DNA of 60,389 bases, filler included. It is 8 parts of 8 records of this genome, joined end to end, with 100 filler letters (N's around TTAATTAATTAA, not from the genome) between each part and the next. Parts side by side here need not be neighbours in the genome. Positions count along the whole stretch, not along the records: positions 55,032 to 60,389 come from SRR31156797_47389; 7 more parts are not named here. The stretch is one strand, 5' to 3'. Under the pieces are notes generated by a model. That model was not told the origin of the DNA and did no database searches. It was given only the letters and a program-made list of their open reading frames with translations. Position 1 is the stretch's first letter, and each line of letters opens with the position of its first letter. Positions 59,891 through 60,389 of the stretch are shown here, piece after piece. Made by a program: the position numbers and the translations under genes.

Positions 59891-60389
59891 TTAATCGATA
59901 GTCATTTTAGGAATCCATCCTGGTGTCGATTCCATATAATGGCGATAGTCATCGCCAAACTCTTCAATAGCTACACGCTCTTCACGTTTAGCCAGTCGTA
60001 CATAAACCACCACCAATATCGGGAACATCACCAATGTGGGAAGCGTAGGCCACTGCAACAGGAAACCAAACATAATCATGATGAAAGCAATATATTGTGG
60101 GTGACGACAGCGAGCATACCAACCCATAGTCGCTAAGGAATGAGCTTGCTGTGCTTTATGCAGGACACTCCATGCCGACGCTAACAAAAAGAAGCCAAGT
60201 ACGATAAGTATATTGCTGGCGATATGCAGCGGGTCCCAATGAGGGTTGCCTTCGAAACCCAAAATCGTGTGCAGCAGATGTCCGTTGTCGTGACTGAAAA
60301 AGTCCACATTTGGATAGTGTTTGCTCAACCAACCGGACAAAAAATAAATTGTTAGCGGAAATCCATACATCTCGGTAAAAAGCGCAATG
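59891..60389 (-). CDS. Second ICMT/PEMT-family membrane protein (5' truncated)
   Basis: IALFTEMYGFPLT..GWYARCRHPQY; about 114/159 residues identical to 58292-58927 by manual count. Confidence 0.88.
   Translation of the reverse strand, partial: IALFTEMYGFPLTIYFLSGWLSKHYPNVDFFSHDNGHLLHTILGFEGNPHWDPLHIASNILIVLGFFLLASAWSVLHKAQQAHSLATMGWYARCRHPQYIAFIMIMFGFLLQWPTLPTLVMFPILVVVYVRLAKREERVAIEEFGDDYRHYMESTPGWIPKMTID

Noticed and set aside
1-60389. CRISPR arrays, tRNA/rRNA genes, IS transposases, integrases
   Set aside because: No repeat-spacer periodicity, RNA gene signatures or transposase motifs seen.

Overview
The window is not one locus. It is eight unrelated contig fragments joined by 100-nt N spacers that carry TTAATTAATTAA (spacers at 5091-5190, 12489-12588, 19685-19784, 29285-29384, 37095-37194, 49594-49693, 54932-55031). 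Taxonomic labels are inferred from gene content and sequence style only. (1) Planctomycete-like: a large lamin-tail/CotH secreted protein missing from the ORF track, and mgtE. (2) Spirochaete-like: an operon of four very acidic surface proteins. Three are complete lipoproteins with type V pilin-like hallmarks (lipobox, N-terminal beta-strand, Arg processing-like site), and three of the four end in a matching C-terminal strand. This is the most novel candidate system. (3) Deltaproteobacterium-like msbA-PAP2-ArnT-lptF-lptG-PAP2 LPS cluster. (4) Alphaproteobacterium-like metabolic and transport genes, including a GIY-YIG nuclease exactly bracketed by inverted CGTC-type REP hairpins with a compensatory base change (candidate mobile element). 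(5) Spirochaete-like lon, recO, MCP, thpR, pdp, recJ. (6) Desulfobacterales-like potABC, AraC plus TonB receptor, and a binding protein/kinase/HD-GYP signalling operon. (7) Sigma-54 activator with flgBC-fliEFGH and a -24/-12 promoter. (8) Gammaproteobacterial copper cluster with a CueR-type promoter, a pseudogene and an inverted paralogous methyltransferase. No rRNA, tRNA or CRISPR array was recognised.
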